Shown here: piece after piece, positions 9,853 through 19,700 of the stretch
Numbering within the stretch: position 1 is the first letter of the stretch
Layout: every line of letters starts with the position of its first letter
Origin: Candidatus Sumerlaeia bacterium
GTDB taxonomy: Bacteria; Sumerlaeota; Sumerlaeia; SLMS01; JANRJK01
Reading direction: 5' to 3'
DNA length: 64,000 bases
NCBI GenBank assembly: GCA_033764015.1
Contig: JANRJK010000013.1
Span: forward strand, 352,001 to 416,000
The notes under the pieces: model-generated
Databases searched by the model: none
The model's input: only the letters and a program-made list of their open reading frames with translations
What the model was told of the DNA's origin: nothing
Program-made: the position numbers and the translations under genes

Positions 9853-10869
9853 ATGACCACCATCAAGGCACTCGCCGCGGCGGCCCCCGGCGCACCACTC
9901 CAACCGTTCGAGTACTCCGTAGGAGACCTCCGTCCGGGGCAGGTCCAGCTCAAGGTGGAGTACTGCGGCATCTGCCACTCCGACCTCTCCATGACCGACA
10001 ACGAGTGGGGCATGACCGGCTACCCGTTCGTCCCGGGCCATGAAGTGGTCGGCACCGTCGAGGCGCTCGGCGAGGGCGTCCGCCACCTCCGCGCGGGCCA
10101 GCGCGTGGGCCTCGGATGGTACGCGGGCAGTTGCCAGACATGCCCCACCTGCCTCGCCGGCGACCACAACCTGTGCGGCTCGACGGAGCAGACCATCGTC
10201 GGCCGCCACGGCGGCTTCGCCGACCGCGTGCGCTGCGACGCGCTCTGGGCGATTCCGCTGCCGGACGCGCTCGACGCATCGAAGGCCGGCCCCCTCTTCT
10301 GCGGCGGCATCACCGTCTTCAACCCGATCGTCCAGTGCGGCGTGAAGCCCACCGACCGCGTCGGCGTCATCGGCATCGGCGGCCTCGGGCACCTCGCCCT
10401 GCAGTTCCTCAACAAGTGGGGCTGCGAAGTGACCGCCTTCTCCTCGAGCGACTCCAAGCGCGAGGAGGCGATGCGCATGGGCGCCCACCACGTCGTCTCC
10501 AGCCGCGACCCGGAGGCGCTGGCGAGGATCGCCGGCACGCTCGACTTCATCATCTCCACCGTCAACGTGCCGCTCGAGTGGAACGCCTACATCGGGGCGC
10601 TCGCGGCCCGCGGACGCTTCCACGTCGTGGGCGCGGTGCTAGAGCCGATCCCCGTAGGCGCCTTCAGCCTCATCATGGGGCAGAAGAGCATCTCCGGATC
10701 GCCGCTCGGCAGTCCGTGCACGACGGCAAAGATGCTCGAGTTCTGCGGTCGGCACGGCATCGAGACGGTCACCGAGCACTTCCCCATGTCGAAGGCGAAC
10801 GACGCCTTCGAGCACCTCAAGTCCGGCAAGGCGCGCTACCGCATCGTGCTGGCGAACGACTTGAACTAA
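9853..10869 (+). CDS. ahr: NADPH-dependent zinc-type aldehyde reductase/alcohol dehydrogenase (Ahr/CAD family)
   Basis: CGICHSD, GHEVVG, structural Zn cysteines, GIGGLGH, C-terminal GKARYRIVL. Confidence 0.9.
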   Translation: MTTIKALAAAAPGAPLQPFEYSVGDLRPGQVQLKVEYCGICHSDLSMTDNEWGMTGYPFVPGHEVVGTVEALGEGVRHLRAGQRVGLGWYAGSCQTCPTCLAGDHNLCGSTEQTIVGRHGGFADRVRCDALWAIPLPDALDASKAGPLFCGGITVFNPIVQCGVKPTDRVGVIGIGGLGHLALQFLNKWGCEVTAFSSSDSKREEAMRMGAHHVVSSRDPEALARIAGTLDFIISTVNVPLEWNAYIGALAARGRFHVVGAVLEPIPVGAFSLIMGQKSISGSPLGSPCTTAKMLEFCGRHGIETVTEHFPMSKANDAFEHLKSGKARYRIVLANDLN

Positions 10870-10885
10870 CCCCCCGGAAATGTGG

Positions 10886-10921
10886 ACGCGGCCCAGGGAC
10901 CGTGCGGTCCCGGGGCCGCGT
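10886..10921. terminator. GC-rich hairpin after ahr
   Basis: acgcggccc-a-gggaccg/cggtccc-g-gggccgcgt inverted repeat between convergent genes. Confidence 0.55.
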
Positions 10922-11206
10922 TGCCTCCCACAGGCGCCTCGCGCGTTCAGCTTGCCGACCACGGGCGGATCGACCGGACGGATATCGAGAACCCTACTGT
11001 AACCGCTCGTTCCCGCGCGGGGCGTCGTATCGCCGGGGAACGCAGCCCTGGGCGGCGCCAGCCGGGACACGCCGCAAAGCGGCCGTCAGCACGCGCCGAG
11101 CGGCGATTCAGGTCGGTAGGGAATCTGGAATCCACTCGTGCCGCTGTCGGGGGCGAAAGTGCCAAAGAGGACCGAGAGTGTCCGGACACTACGGAACTCC
11201 AATTCC

Positions 11207-11917
11207 TCAGGATCTCTCTTCGCCTGCGGCGGGACGTGCCGCCACCGCCTCCTTCATCCGCGTCAACGAACGCGAATCCCCCAGCACCATGAGGACCGCC
11301 CCGCGCGGCAGCGGCTGGCCCGGCGGCGGGTTGAGCTGCACCTTCGGCTTCTTCGAGCGGTCGTCCGGCGGCAGCTTCACCGCGATCACGTTCACGGCGT
11401 GGTTGCGCCGCACGTCGAGTTCGATGAGCGACTTGCCGATGAACGCTTCCGGCACCGGCAGCTCGATCACGCCGCAGTCCTCCCCGAGCGGAATCTGGTC
11501 CGCGAGGTCGGGGACGAGGAGGCGCCGCGCAAGCGTCTCGGCCATGTCCTTCTCGGGGAAGATCACCTGCGAGGCGCCCACCGCCCGGATCGCGCTCGAC
11601 TCTTTGTCGCTGTCCACCTGCACGAGGATCTCGTCCATGCCGTTGCGCTTGAGCATGTGCGTGACGAGGACGGTGACGTCGAAGTGGCGCCGCAAGGCGA
11701 CGATGGCGACGTCGCAGTCGAAGGCGCCGAGCTTCCCCAGCACCTCCTCGTTGGTGGCGTCCGCGGCGACCGCGCGCGTGACGTGGTTCGCGATCATGTC
11801 CACCTCCAGTTCCATCTTGTCGATGGCGAGCACGGAGGCGCCTCCCGCGTAGAGCTGGCGCGCGGTCTGGGCCCCGAAGGTGCCGAGCCCGATGACGACG
11901 AAAGAGCGCATGGCCAT
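11207..11917 (-). CDS. ktrA: KtrA/TrkA-family potassium uptake NAD-binding (RCK) subunit
   Basis: VIGLGTFG Rossmann motif, IFPEKDMA, C-terminal TrkA_C GKSLIELDVR; adjacent to a TrkH-type gene. Confidence 0.9.
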   Translation of the reverse strand: MAMRSFVVIGLGTFGAQTARQLYAGGASVLAIDKMELEVDMIANHVTRAVAADATNEEVLGKLGAFDCDVAIVALRRHFDVTVLVTHMLKRNGMDEILVQVDSDKESSAIRAVGASQVIFPEKDMAETLARRLLVPDLADQIPLGEDCGVIELPVPEAFIGKSLIELDVRRNHAVNVIAVKLPPDDRSKKPKVQLNPPPGQPLPRGAVLMVLGDSRSLTRMKEAVAARPAAGEERS

Positions 11918-11933
11918 GGCGTGGGATGCTTTC

Positions 11934-13355
11934 TCAGCCGACGAGGATTTCCTCGCGCGGCAGTGTGTAGTCTAAGCGCTTGGCCTGGCCCACTAGCGAT
12001 GCAGCCACGATGAGCGGGCCAAGGCGCCCCAGGAACATGCAAAGGATGATCACCAATTGGGAGCCGGGTTGCAGCGAGGCTGTGATGCCGGTCGAGAGGC
12101 CCACCGTGCCAAGCGCCGAAACCACTTCGAACAAGTGCGGTAGGAAGAGTGATCGCGAGTCCAGCCCGGAAAGATGCGGCGCCTCGATCACCTCGAGCGC
12201 GACAACGCCGGCCAGCACCGCCAGGGCATAGCCCGCGGTCACCGCGAGCGCCTTGGCAACTGTCTCGGGCGGTGCCGTGCGGTCGAATATCTCGACGTGG
12301 GGCCGGTTGCGGGCCCGCGACAGGATCATCATGTGGAGCAGCGCCAGCGTGGTCGTCTTCAGGCCACCCGCCGTCGAGCCGGGTGAGCCGCCCACGGCCA
12401 TCAGCAGGATCGCCACCAGCAGCGTCGCGTTCGATAGCGCCCCGATATCCACGGTGTTGAAGCCCGCCGTGCGGCAGGTCACCGACAGGAAGAGGGGCGA
12501 CAGCAGGCGTTCCACGAACGAATCCCCCATTGCTGGGTTCGCCACCTCCAAGGCGCCCATCACCAGCGCGCCGCCCACGATCAGGATAACCGTCGTTACC
12601 ATCACCACCCGAGTGTGGAGAGAGATCTTGGGGCGCGGCGTCCGCCGCCAGTTGCGCGCAAGGTGCGTCAGGTCCGCGTACACCACGAAACCAAGACCAC
12701 CGGCGACGATCAGCCCCATCACAACCGAGTTCACAAGGAGGTCTCCTCGGTAGCTCATCAGGTTGTCCGGAAAAAGCCCGAAGCCCGCGTTGCAGAATGC
12801 CGAAACCGAGTGGAAGATTCCCAGCTCCGCAGCAACCGGGAGGGGGTGATCGATCGCAAACCGCGCCGTCAAGAGCGTCGCCCCGAGCGCCTCGATCAGC
12901 AGCGTATAGCCGATGATCTCCCGCAGCAGCGTCGCGGGCGTCGTGTGTGCCATGACACCCGTGGTTTCCTCCAGGATCATCCGACCCCCCTGACCGATGC
13001 GCCGTCCCGAGGCTAGCACCAGCAGGTTCGAGATCGTCAGAATCCCCAGTCCGCCGGCTTGGATCAGCAACAGGACCACCCAAATCCCGAGGGTGGAGAA
13101 AGCTGTTCCCGTGTCCCGCACAGTTAGCCCGGTCACGCAGACCGCGGAGGTCGAGGTGAAGAGCGCTTCGAGAAACGTGACCGGCGCCTCGCGGTTCGCC
13201 CAGCAGGCGGGATGGTTCAGTAGCAGCGCCCCGAACAGGATCGTGGCCCCGAACGAGACCACCAGCAAACGCGGGATCGTCAGCACTGGCCTTGATGCCG
13301 GGATGCTCCCCGGTTCTGCGGCGGCGGACGAAGGGCGGTCCTTCCTTGGTTTCAT
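11934..13355 (-). CDS. ktrB: KtrB/TrkH-family potassium uptake membrane subunit
   Basis: Pore-loop motifs SAVCVTGL, SAFCNAGF, RTAGFN, SALGTVGLS; GSTAGGLK. Confidence 0.93.
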   Translation of the reverse strand: MKPRKDRPSSAAAEPGSIPASRPVLTIPRLLVVSFGATILFGALLLNHPACWANREAPVTFLEALFTSTSAVCVTGLTVRDTGTAFSTLGIWVVLLLIQAGGLGILTISNLLVLASGRRIGQGGRMILEETTGVMAHTTPATLLREIIGYTLLIEALGATLLTARFAIDHPLPVAAELGIFHSVSAFCNAGFGLFPDNLMSYRGDLLVNSVVMGLIVAGGLGFVVYADLTHLARNWRRTPRPKISLHTRVVMVTTVILIVGGALVMGALEVANPAMGDSFVERLLSPLFLSVTCRTAGFNTVDIGALSNATLLVAILLMAVGGSPGSTAGGLKTTTLALLHMMILSRARNRPHVEIFDRTAPPETVAKALAVTAGYALAVLAGVVALEVIEAPHLSGLDSRSLFLPHLFEVVSALGTVGLSTGITASLQPGSQLVIILCMFLGRLGPLIVAASLVGQAKRLDYTLPREEILVG

Positions 13356-13503
13356 GCGGTCCTTGTTTCGCAGGCAGCCTCTGCGGACAAGTCCCGATAA
13401 ATCGAGGATATACGGCGTCGGCGATAGTTGCTTTGGCCTTGCCCGTTTGTGGATGACTTGCCAACCTCCACTCGTCGCGAACCGCGCTTAGGAGAATCAG
13501 CCC

Positions 13504-14706
13504 ATGGCAAGAGTCGATTCCACCCAGGTACTCATCTGCGGCGCAGGTCCGGTGGGACTCTACACCGCGCTGCTCCTGACGGAGTTCGGCATCCGCTGCC
13601 GGACCATCGATCGCACACCGCGGACGAACATCCACAGCTACGCGCTGGCGCTCCATCCGCGCTCGATCGAACTGCTGCGCCGCGCGGGCCTCGAATCGGA
13701 ACTCAACGCCCAGGGCCACCGCATCACGCGGGTCGGCATCCTCGAAGGCGCGGCGAACCGCGCCGCGGTCGACCTCGCCACCCTCGACGCGGAAACCCCC
13801 TACGCCCTGGTCCTACCGCAGTCGGCCCTCGAAGACATCCTCGAACGGCGTCTGCGCGCCCTCGGCGTGGCGGTCCAATGGTCCAAGGAGCTCACCGGGT
13901 TCCGCGAGGGCGACGCGGAGCTGTGCTGCTCCGTCGCCAACGTGGTCGATGTGCTGCAGGGCTATCCCGTGATGCGCATGGAGCGCGTCCGCGGCTCCGC
14001 CTCCGAGGTCACGTGCGAGTACCTCGTCGGCGCGGACGGCTATCACTCCGCCGTGCGGCCGCTGATCGGCGGCGAGTACGCCCGCACGGCTCCGACGGAG
14101 CACTACAGCGTCTTCGAATTCCACACCACCGCCACCGATATCGGCGGCGAGATGCGGATCTCCTTCCACCGGGGCCTTGCCTCGGCCTTCTGGCCCATGC
14201 GCGACGGCGCCTGCCGCTGGAGCTTCCAGCGCGCAACCGCCGACGAGGCGGACCGCACTTCGGTCTCCGACTTCAAGAAGCTTCTCGAGGAGCGAGCCCC
14301 TTGGTTCGCCCCGAACCCGACGGACATCCGCTGGACGTCGGCCGCGCATTTCGAGCCCGCGGTCGCCAGCACCTTCGGCCGCAAGCGCGTGTACCTCGTA
14401 GGCGATTCGGCGCACCTCACGCCGCCGATCGGTGTCCACTCGATGAACGAAGGCATCTTCGAGGCGCACGAACTCGCTCTCGCGCTCGCCGCCGCCTGCG
14501 GCGGCAACCGCTCCCGCGGGCCGCTCGAACGCTACACCGCGCAGCGCGAGGAGTTCTGGCGCCGCTACTACACCGACCGCCCGGGCGAGGCGCTTCCGGA
14601 CGACGACTGGCTCGGCGCCCTCATCCCGCGCCTCCGGCGCGCGCTCCCGCTTTCCGGCGACGCGATCCATCTCGCCATCCAGCAGCTCGAGCGCGCCCAT
14701 GTCTGA
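13504..14706 (+). CDS. FAD-dependent monooxygenase (PheA/TfdB/UbiH-like)
   Basis: GAGPVG, GADG, GDSAH motifs; AGGAG RBS. Confidence 0.85.
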   Translation: MARVDSTQVLICGAGPVGLYTALLLTEFGIRCRTIDRTPRTNIHSYALALHPRSIELLRRAGLESELNAQGHRITRVGILEGAANRAAVDLATLDAETPYALVLPQSALEDILERRLRALGVAVQWSKELTGFREGDAELCCSVANVVDVLQGYPVMRMERVRGSASEVTCEYLVGADGYHSAVRPLIGGEYARTAPTEHYSVFEFHTTATDIGGEMRISFHRGLASAFWPMRDGACRWSFQRATADEADRTSVSDFKKLLEERAPWFAPNPTDIRWTSAAHFEPAVASTFGRKRVYLVGDSAHLTPPIGVHSMNEGIFEAHELALALAAACGGNRSRGPLERYTAQREEFWRRYYTDRPGEALPDDDWLGALIPRLRRALPLSGDAIHLAIQQLERAHV

Positions 14707-14781
14707 CACGCTGTTTCTCCATCCGTCCCGGTGCGGAGCAGCCGTCGGCCAGTGCGCCGGCGGCTGCTTCGCGCCGGGGCG

Positions 14782-15255
14782 CTAGACGAGCTCCCCGCGC
14801 CGCCGCATCGTCTCGTAGACCGCAATCGCCGCCGCCTGCGCCACGTTGAGCGAGCGCGCGCCCGCGCCCGGCATCGGCAGGCTCCGCACACTTGCCTGAT
14901 GGCGCGCCAGGACCTCCCGCGGCAACCCCGCCGTCTCGCTCCCCAGCACCAGCGCCGGCAGACCCGGCGGGGGAGCGGCGCCGAACAGCGAAGGCCCCCC
15001 TGTTTCAACCAGCACCAGCCCGCGCCCGGGCCCAAGCCATTCCTCGAACGCCTCGAACGAGCCGTGGTCCGACCAGTCGAGGCGCTCCCAGTAGTCGAGC
15101 CCGGCGCGCCGCGCGGCGCGGTCGCTCAGAAGGAACGGGACCGGCCGGACCACCGCGAGATGCCAACCCGCGACCGCGCAAAGCCGGCCCACCGCGCCGA
15201 CGTTTCCCGCGATGTCGGGCCGCACCAGGCAGAGGACGGGCAGCTCCGGCGCCAT
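14782..15255 (-). CDS. trmL: tRNA (cytidine/uridine-34-2'-O)-methyltransferase (SPOUT)
   Basis: PDIAGNVG, RRAGLDYW, GSETAGLP, RSLNVA. Confidence 0.9.
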   Translation of the reverse strand: MAPELPVLCLVRPDIAGNVGAVGRLCAVAGWHLAVVRPVPFLLSDRAARRAGLDYWERLDWSDHGSFEAFEEWLGPGRGLVLVETGGPSLFGAAPPPGLPALVLGSETAGLPREVLARHQASVRSLPMPGAGARSLNVAQAAAIAVYETMRRRGELV

Positions 15256-15259
15256 CGCG

Positions 15260-16687
15260 TCAGAACGCGCCGCGACCCTTCACCACCGCGGGGATCGTGC
15301 GGATCAGTATCTCCAGATCCATCAGGAACGACTGGTTCTTGATGTAGTAGAAGTCGTACTCCATGTTCAGGTGGAGCGGCAGGTTCTTTCGCCCGATCAC
15401 CTGCCAGAGCCCCGTGAGGCCCGGCTTCACATCCAGGCGGCGCCGCTGCCAGGCGCGGTACTGCGCGACGATGAAGGGCATCTCGGGGCGCGGCCCGACC
15501 AGCGACATCTCCCCCTTCAGGACGTTCCAAAGCTGCGGCAGCTCGTCGAGGCTTGTGTGCCGCAGCCACCGCCCGAAGCGCGTGATGCGGGGATCGTCCT
15601 CCGCCGTCGGCGCGCGCTCGTAGGCGGGGGCCGAGGTGTGCATGGTCCGGTACTTGTACAGGCGGAACACGCGGCCGCCCTGGCCGACGCGCTCCTGCGC
15701 GAAGAACACCGGCCCCGGCGAGTCGCGCCGGATCAGCAGCGCGATCCACCAGTGGAAGCACAGCAGCCACAGGGCGCAGCCCAGCGCCCCCGCCGCCACA
15801 TCGAGGAGCCGCTTCAGCGCGACGCGCTGGTACGGCTGGTAGCCGTCACGCAGCGTCACCACCGGGAATTGGCCGATCTCCTCCACGTTCGCGCCGCGGG
15901 TCAGCACATCGAACAGGTCCGACACCAGGTGGATGCGCACGCCGGGCTCGGCGATCAGTTCGACCAGGCCGAGCTGCTCGTCCTGCGGCAGGTGCGGGAC
16001 GGCGATGAAGACCTCCTCGATGCCGTGCCTCGCGATCACCGCCGCGAGGTCCGCGCTCGCGCCGAGCAGAGGCAGCCCCTCCAGCGCCTCGTCGGGCCGC
16101 TCTCCGTGGTGCGGCGCGAAGCCCACGATGTCGTAGCCGACGTCCGCGTGCGCATCGAGCGCGGCGCGCACCTCGCCCGCCATCGGACCCGCCCCCACGA
16201 TCAACGCCCTCACCCGGCCGATGCCTCTCGCCAGCGCGTCCTCCTTCATCGTCCGGAAGACCGTCCGCGACGTGTACAGATACACGAAGCTCATCGCCCC
16301 GGCCAGCATGATCACCGAGCGCCCGAGATCGAGTTCCTTCCAGAAGTACCCCATCACCATCAGGAACAGCACGTAGTGGTAGCCCGCCTTGAGCAGGCTG
16401 CCCCAGCGCGTCAGCGACGAGACGCGCCGGCGGTGGACGTACATCCCGAAGGTGAAGCAGGTGCCGATGCCGATCAGCACCACGAGGGGAAAGACCTGCA
16501 GGTACGGGGCGAACTCGTTGATCGGCCCCATGGCGAAGGTTCCCAGCCACAGGCGCGCCTCGTAGGCCGCCCACCAGCAGATCGCGAACCCGAACACGTC
16601 GCCCGCCAGCAGGAGGAACGCCGGCCAGCGGGTCTTCCAGAAGAGCGACTCGGCGCGGGGGGCGGACTTCTCAGGGGGCGCGTGCAT
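15260..16687 (-). CDS. Undecaprenyl-phosphate sugar phosphotransferase (WcaJ/WbaP-like priming glycosyltransferase)
   Basis: 4 N-terminal TMs, Rossmann-like GAG, C-terminal sugar transferase KRLLD...KYRTM...[21 protein letters not shown]. Confidence 0.93.
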   Translation of the reverse strand: MHAPPEKSAPRAESLFWKTRWPAFLLLAGDVFGFAICWWAAYEARLWLGTFAMGPINEFAPYLQVFPLVVLIGIGTCFTFGMYVHRRRVSSLTRWGSLLKAGYHYVLFLMVMGYFWKELDLGRSVIMLAGAMSFVYLYTSRTVFRTMKEDALARGIGRVRALIVGAGPMAGEVRAALDAHADVGYDIVGFAPHHGERPDEALEGLPLLGASADLAAVIARHGIEEVFIAVPHLPQDEQLGLVELIAEPGVRIHLVSDLFDVLTRGANVEEIGQFPVVTLRDGYQPYQRVALKRLLDVAAGALGCALWLLCFHWWIALLIRRDSPGPVFFAQERVGQGGRVFRLYKYRTMHTSAPAYERAPTAEDDPRITRFGRWLRHTSLDELPQLWNVLKGEMSLVGPRPEMPFIVAQYRAWQRRRLDVKPGLTGLWQVIGRKNLPLHLNMEYDFYYIKNQSFLMDLEILIRTIPAVVKGRGAF

Positions 16688-16720
16688 CAGGTGTCCAGAT
16701 GCTCCCCGCGCCGGGGAAGG

Positions 16721-19700
16721 TCAAGGCGCAGGCGGCGGCGGCCGGAGGATCTCGGCCCCGGGCATGTCGAGCGCCGCCGCCTCGTCGCGCAGCGCCTGTG
16801 CCTCCTCGGTGCGTCCGAGGGCGAGCAGTGCGATGGCGAGTTCCGCCCGGTGCCGGGGCGAGGGGCGCCAGCCGGGGCGGGCCTCGAGGGAACGGGCGAG
16901 GCGCTCCCAAGCGGCGCGCGACCCGTCGGCGTCGCCAAGCGCGGCCCGGGTCTCGGCGAGCGCGCGCAGGTACTCGCGCGACAGGCTGTCGCGCGCGGCC
17001 TCCGTGTCGCCAGTGGTCTCCAGCATGGGCTCCAGCGGCGCCAGGAGCGTCGCGGCGGACTCCGCGGAGCCCGCCGCGAGGAGGCACCGCGCCTCGAGCG
17101 AGCGGACGCCAACGTATAGGCCGCGGCGTCCCGCGGACCAGTCGGGCGACGGGTCGCCGAGGAGCGCCAGCGCCTCCCGGGCTGCCGACAGTGCCTCGCC
17201 GCGCCGCCCCGCGATGGCGAGCGTATCGGCGGCGGTGCGCAGCGATCTCGCCTCCTGCTCCACGGCGCGAAGCGCGGTGGCCCCGGAGGCCGCGGGGTCG
17301 CGCCACAGCACCGCCGAGGCCCGGGCCTCGCGGAGCGCGCCTTCCGTGTCGCCCGAGTCCCGGAGGGCCAGCGCGAGCGTCCTCGTCGCCGATGCCTGCT
17401 CTGTGCGCACCCGGCCAACAGCCGGATTCGCTTCCCGCAGCCGGGCCAGCTCGAGTGTGGCGCTTGTGGCGCGTTCGACCGCTTCCCCCGCACGGCCCAG
17501 ATCGACGAGGAAGCCGGCCTCGATCATGTCGAGCTGCGCCAGCAGCATCTCGTCGTTGAACGACGGCGTGGTGTCGAGGTGGCGCGATGCGCGCGCGCTC
17601 CGGAGCAACGCGACGGCGCGGTCGAGCGCGCCGATGGAGGACTCCGCCAGCCCCAGCCGCAAGCGCGCGATATCAAGTTCGATTCGGCGCTCATCGTCCA
17701 GCTCTCCCGCCGACGCCTCCAAGAGTGCGAAAGAGCGCCTCGCGGCGATCGTCGCGGACTCGGCCTCCGCCTCCCGTCCGAAGTCCGAAAGCAGCCGGGC
17801 GGCCTGCATCCCGGAGACTGCGCTGGTGAGCAACAGCCCGTAGTCGCCGGGCATCGACTCGAGCGCGCGCCCCGCCGCGTCCATCGCCTCGAGCGAAGCC
17901 TCGATGGCCATGTCGCGACGCCCGGTGAAGCTCGCGCGGTCCGATAGCCGCTGGAGCGCGCTGGCGAGGCCCGCGTGTGCGGCGCCGCGGGCGGGATCCA
18001 GCAGCGCCAGTGCGCGGAACGCCTCCACCGCCAGCATCTGCGTCTCGAACGTCTCCTCGCGGAGCCCCAATTGGGACTGATAGTTGGCGAGGCTGTTGAG
18101 CACTTCGGCGAGCCGCTGCAACGCGGCGCGGTCCCCCGGGACGCGTTCCACTTCCACCTGGGCCGCCTCCGCCGCTTCGCGCATCGCCGAAGCCGCCTCT
18201 TGGAAGCGATCCAACGAGGCGAGCGTACCGGCCTTCCACGAGCGTGAGTTCGCCACCTCGCCCTGCACATCCGCGTCGCCGGGGAAGCGGAGCGCCGAGG
18301 AGTCCGCGTGGGCGACCGCCCGCTCCGCGTACTCCAGCGCCTCCTCGCCGCGTCCCGCCGCGAGCAGAACGGCCGCGTGCCGCTGGTGGGCGAGCCCGTA
18401 GGCGCGCGAGACCTCCGCCACGTCGGCCATGCGCCCATGCAATTCCGTCGCGAGCGCGAGCTGGCGCTCCGCCAGTGCGAGCGCCTTGTCGTTGCGGCGG
18501 AGCGAAAGCTCGACGTTGGCGGCGTTGTTGAGCATCGAGAGGTGTTGCCGTGCCCACGAGGCGTTGTTCGGGTCCCGCTGCCGCAGCTCCTCCAGAGCCT
18601 CCAGCACTTGTGCGAAGGCCCTCGAGGCGCCTTCGGCGTCGCCGAGGCGTTCGGTTCCCACGGCGATTGTGTTGAGCGAGCTGGTCCGGGTCGCGCGCAG
18701 CGTCGGCTGGGAAGGGTCGATCGCCAGCGCGCGGTCGATCAGCTCGACCGCGCGGCGGTTGAGCGCGATCATCTCCTCGGTGCGCCCCCGCGTGCTGTGC
18801 CAGTCGCCGGCCGCGGTCAGCATACCCGCCGCCGCCGCGGCCGCGTCCGCGTCGGCGGGGCTCGCGGCGAGTGTGTCCGCCACCTCCAGGATCCTCGCGA
18901 GCGTCGGCTCCGCATCCGCCTCCGGCGCGCCGTCCGGCAGGAGGTTGATCTTTCGCCGGAGCGACTCCGCGAGGCGTTCGGCGCTCTCCTTCCCTCCCTC
19001 GGCGGCGAGGCGCTCGTCGATGGCGAGGGCGCGCTCCACCAGCGCGAGGGCGCGGACCGCGTCGCCGGCAAGGGCCTCCGCGTCCGCCACCGCCCCGAGC
19101 GCGAGGCTGACCGCCGCGGCGTTCTCCGGCGAATCCGGATCGCGGGCGAGCTCCCGCTCCGCCGCCACCAGCGCCATTTCCGCCGAGTTCCGCCCCGCAT
19201 CCACGTCGCCGAGCCGCAGGTCCAGCGCCGAACGCTCCGCTTGGAGCAGCGGAGCGAGCGATTGCCGCTCCTCCGCGGGGAGCGCCGCCACGGCCCGCGC
19301 CGCCGCATCCGCCGCGGACTCCTGCAGCGGGGCGTTCCCGCGCGCTCGGGCCGCCTGCATCACCGCGATCAGCCCGCGCGCGGCGGCGGCCCGCTCCTCC
19401 ACCGGGATCCCCTCGACCGGGAGCGACGCGTAGTATTCGAACGCGCGCTCGATCGCGGGATCCAGGAGCTCCAGCCTCCCCAGTGTGGCGAGGCGCCCCG
19501 TCATGTCCTCCAGCACGAAGCGCGCGAAGTCGTCGGACTTCTCCCGCGCGTCGCGCGCCAGGTCGCGCTGCGCCTCCGCCGCCCGGCGCTGCGACACCTC
19601 CGCGTCGCGCGACTGCGCCAAGCGCCGGGTGAAGAGCGCGCCGCCCGCCGCGATGACGCCCAGCAGCGCGAAGGACGCCGCCACGGCGAGGCGCCGCGTG

